In this document: piece by piece, positions 28,285 through 29,472 of the stretch
Numbering within the stretch: position 1 is the stretch's first letter
Layout of the letters: each line of letters starts with the position of its first letter
Assembly (NCBI GenBank): GCA_001600815.1
Contig: BCKZ01000002.1
Coordinates: 951,725-981,196 of the forward strand
Length of the DNA: 29,472 nt
From: Alloascoidea hylecoeti
Taxonomy: Eukaryota
Direction of reading: 5' to 3'
Translations under genes and position numbers: made by a program
Notes under the pieces: model-generated
The model's input: only the letters and a program-made list of their open reading frames with translations
What the model was told of the DNA's origin: nothing
Databases searched by the model: none

Positions 28285-29472
28285 TTAAAGTGATAGACAT
28301 ATATAAATGCCAACCAAAGTAATAAATAGATTCAATGAAGATATTTTTGTGTTAGATGAAGCAGAACCAAACTCAACATTCGAGAGAACAAGAGAGGGAG
28401 TAATTAAAGGATTGGAAGACGATTCCAAAGGTAAAACTTGGGTGGCGAGCAAAACCAATGATTCTGTAGTTAAAAATGGTTCAGAAGTTGATGTAGTTTT
28501 AAATTTTATGGTACTGGTCATGGTAGAAGTAGGTTCTGAAAGTGGGACTGGTGTGGGTAGCTCGCTTGATGTTGATGTAGAGACCAATCGTTTATTAATA
28601 GGCAGTAAAGAAGTCGAAGGTGTAGTATCACGACTGGTAAGCGTAGAAGTAGAAGTGGTAAATCCAGAAGATGGTGTTGAAGGTGCTAAGGAATCAGTAG
28701 AAGTGAGTTTAGTAGAAGTAGTATATTCTTGGGATAGTACTAAACTCGATAGTATTGAAAGCGGTACAAAATCAGTACAAGTAGTAAGTGTAGTAGTAGT
28801 GGTGGTGTATTCTGGAGATGGTGCTAAAGTTGGCATATAGTCAATGGAAGTAGTAAGTGTAGAAATAGCCCATTCTAGAGATGTTTCTGAAGAATCGGTA
28901 CAAGTAGTAAGTGCAGTAGTAAAAGTAGTGAATTCTAGAGATGGTTCTAATAATGGTATAGAATCAGTGAAGATGGTAACTGTAGACGTAGTGTATCCTG
29001 GAGATGGTTCTGAAGATGGTAAAGAATCAGTACACGTAGTAGAAGTGACATATTCTGGAGATGGTACTGAGCTTGAAAAGGTGATTGCTGGAACTTCCGA
29101 AGGTAGATCACTCGGAAAAGTAAAATTAGAATAGGGTGAAGTTGGAATTGGTAATATAACAGGTAGTACTGAGCTTGAAAAGGTAATTGACGGAGGCGCT
29201 GAACTAAATAATGAACTTAATGGTAGCGTTGCATTGGGCATTGAGCTTAACGGCAGCGTTAAACTAGACAGTGAACTTAATGATAGCTCTGAACTTTGAA
29301 TTGCGCTACTAGAAACGTTTGTTAACACTGGAAGCTCACAGTCTTCAAGACAGTATTTCGGCGAAGTATAAGTTGTGTAAACAACATCACAAACTTGTTC
29401 TCCATAACGACCTGTACGCCACGCACTAACACAGTGACCAACTTCTACCACAACTGGTGCAACACATGTCTT
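28285..29472 (-). CDS. GPI-anchored Ser/Thr/Pro-rich cell-wall protein, adhesin/flocculin-like (partial; 5' end beyond the right edge)
   Basis: Open frame from base 29472 (KTCVAPVVVEVGHCVSAW...). A Cys-containing segment is followed by an S/T/P-rich stalk with repeats and a C-terminal GSASSN plus hydrophobic tail LNLFITLVGIYICLSL. Confidence 0.8.
   Translation of the reverse strand, partial: KTCVAPVVVEVGHCVSAWRTGRYGEQVCDVVYTTYTSPKYCLEDCELPVLTNVSSSAIQSSELSLSSLSSLTLPLSSMPNATLPLSSLFSSAPPSITFSSSVLPVILPIPTSPYSNFTFPSDLPSEVPAITFSSSVPSPEYVTSTTCTDSLPSSEPSPGYTTSTVTIFTDSIPLLEPSLEFTTFTTALTTCTDSSETSLEWAISTLTTSIDYMPTLAPSPEYTTTTTTLTTCTDFVPLSILSSLVLSQEYTTSTKLTSTDSLAPSTPSSGFTTSTSTLTSRDTTPSTSLLPINKRLVSTSTSSELPTPVPLSEPTSTMTSTIKFKTTSTSEPFLTTESLVLLATQVLPLESSSNPLITPSLVLSNVEFGSASSNTKISSLNLFITLVGIYICLSL
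28630..29065 (-). repeat. Degenerate coding tandem repeats of about 18-30 aa (PSPEYTTST[T/L]TTCTDS[L/I]P) in the adhesin stalk
   Basis: PSPEYVTSTTCTDSLP, PSPGYTTSTVTIFTDSIP, PSLEFTTFTTALTTCTDS, TSLEWAISTLTTSIDYMP, PSPEYTTTTTTLTTCTDFVP, LSQEYTTSTKLTSTDSL, PSSGFTTSTSTLTSRD. Confidence 0.75.

Noticed and set aside
22664..29134. Antisense ORFs 22664-22942, 25691-26359, 28307-28840 and 28844-29134, and similar short ORFs nested in other genes
   Set aside because: Reverse-strand or alternate-frame shadows of biased-composition genes, with no independent motifs.

Overview
AT-rich budding-yeast (Saccharomycotina-like) nuclear DNA with short spliceosomal introns. CTG reads as Leu at conserved positions. 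I support 14 protein-coding genes: TAF1 (running off the left edge), VPS25 (1 intron), an MDR/enoyl-reductase-like oxidoreductase, RTC3 (1 intron), a 1-Cys peroxiredoxin PRX1, a TBC-domain protein, RPL42 (2 introns; absent from the ORF track), two tandem CBK1/NDR kinase paralogs, a DUF3020/Spp41-like protein, a 4-TM claudin/SUR7-like protein, a pyridoxal-reductase-type aldo-keto reductase, PRP24 and TMA23. A 15th, a GPI-anchored Ser/Thr-rich wall protein, runs off the right edge. The most notable unexplained structures are: (1) an 828-bp non-coding element with ~271-bp near-perfect inverted repeats, TA|CAGT...ACTG|TA ends and internal sub-repeats (Tc1/mariner-type MITE); (2) a tandem CBK1 duplicate whose second copy has an altered P+1 loop and shows a partial gene-conversion signature; (3) a Prp24 lacking the C-terminal LSm-binding motif, with an out-of-frame relic of it just past the stop; (4) a decayed tRNA-Lys(UUU) 5' half; (5) an RPL42 promoter combining Tbf1-, Cbf1- and Homol-D-type sites. 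All family calls come from recalled motifs, not database searches.
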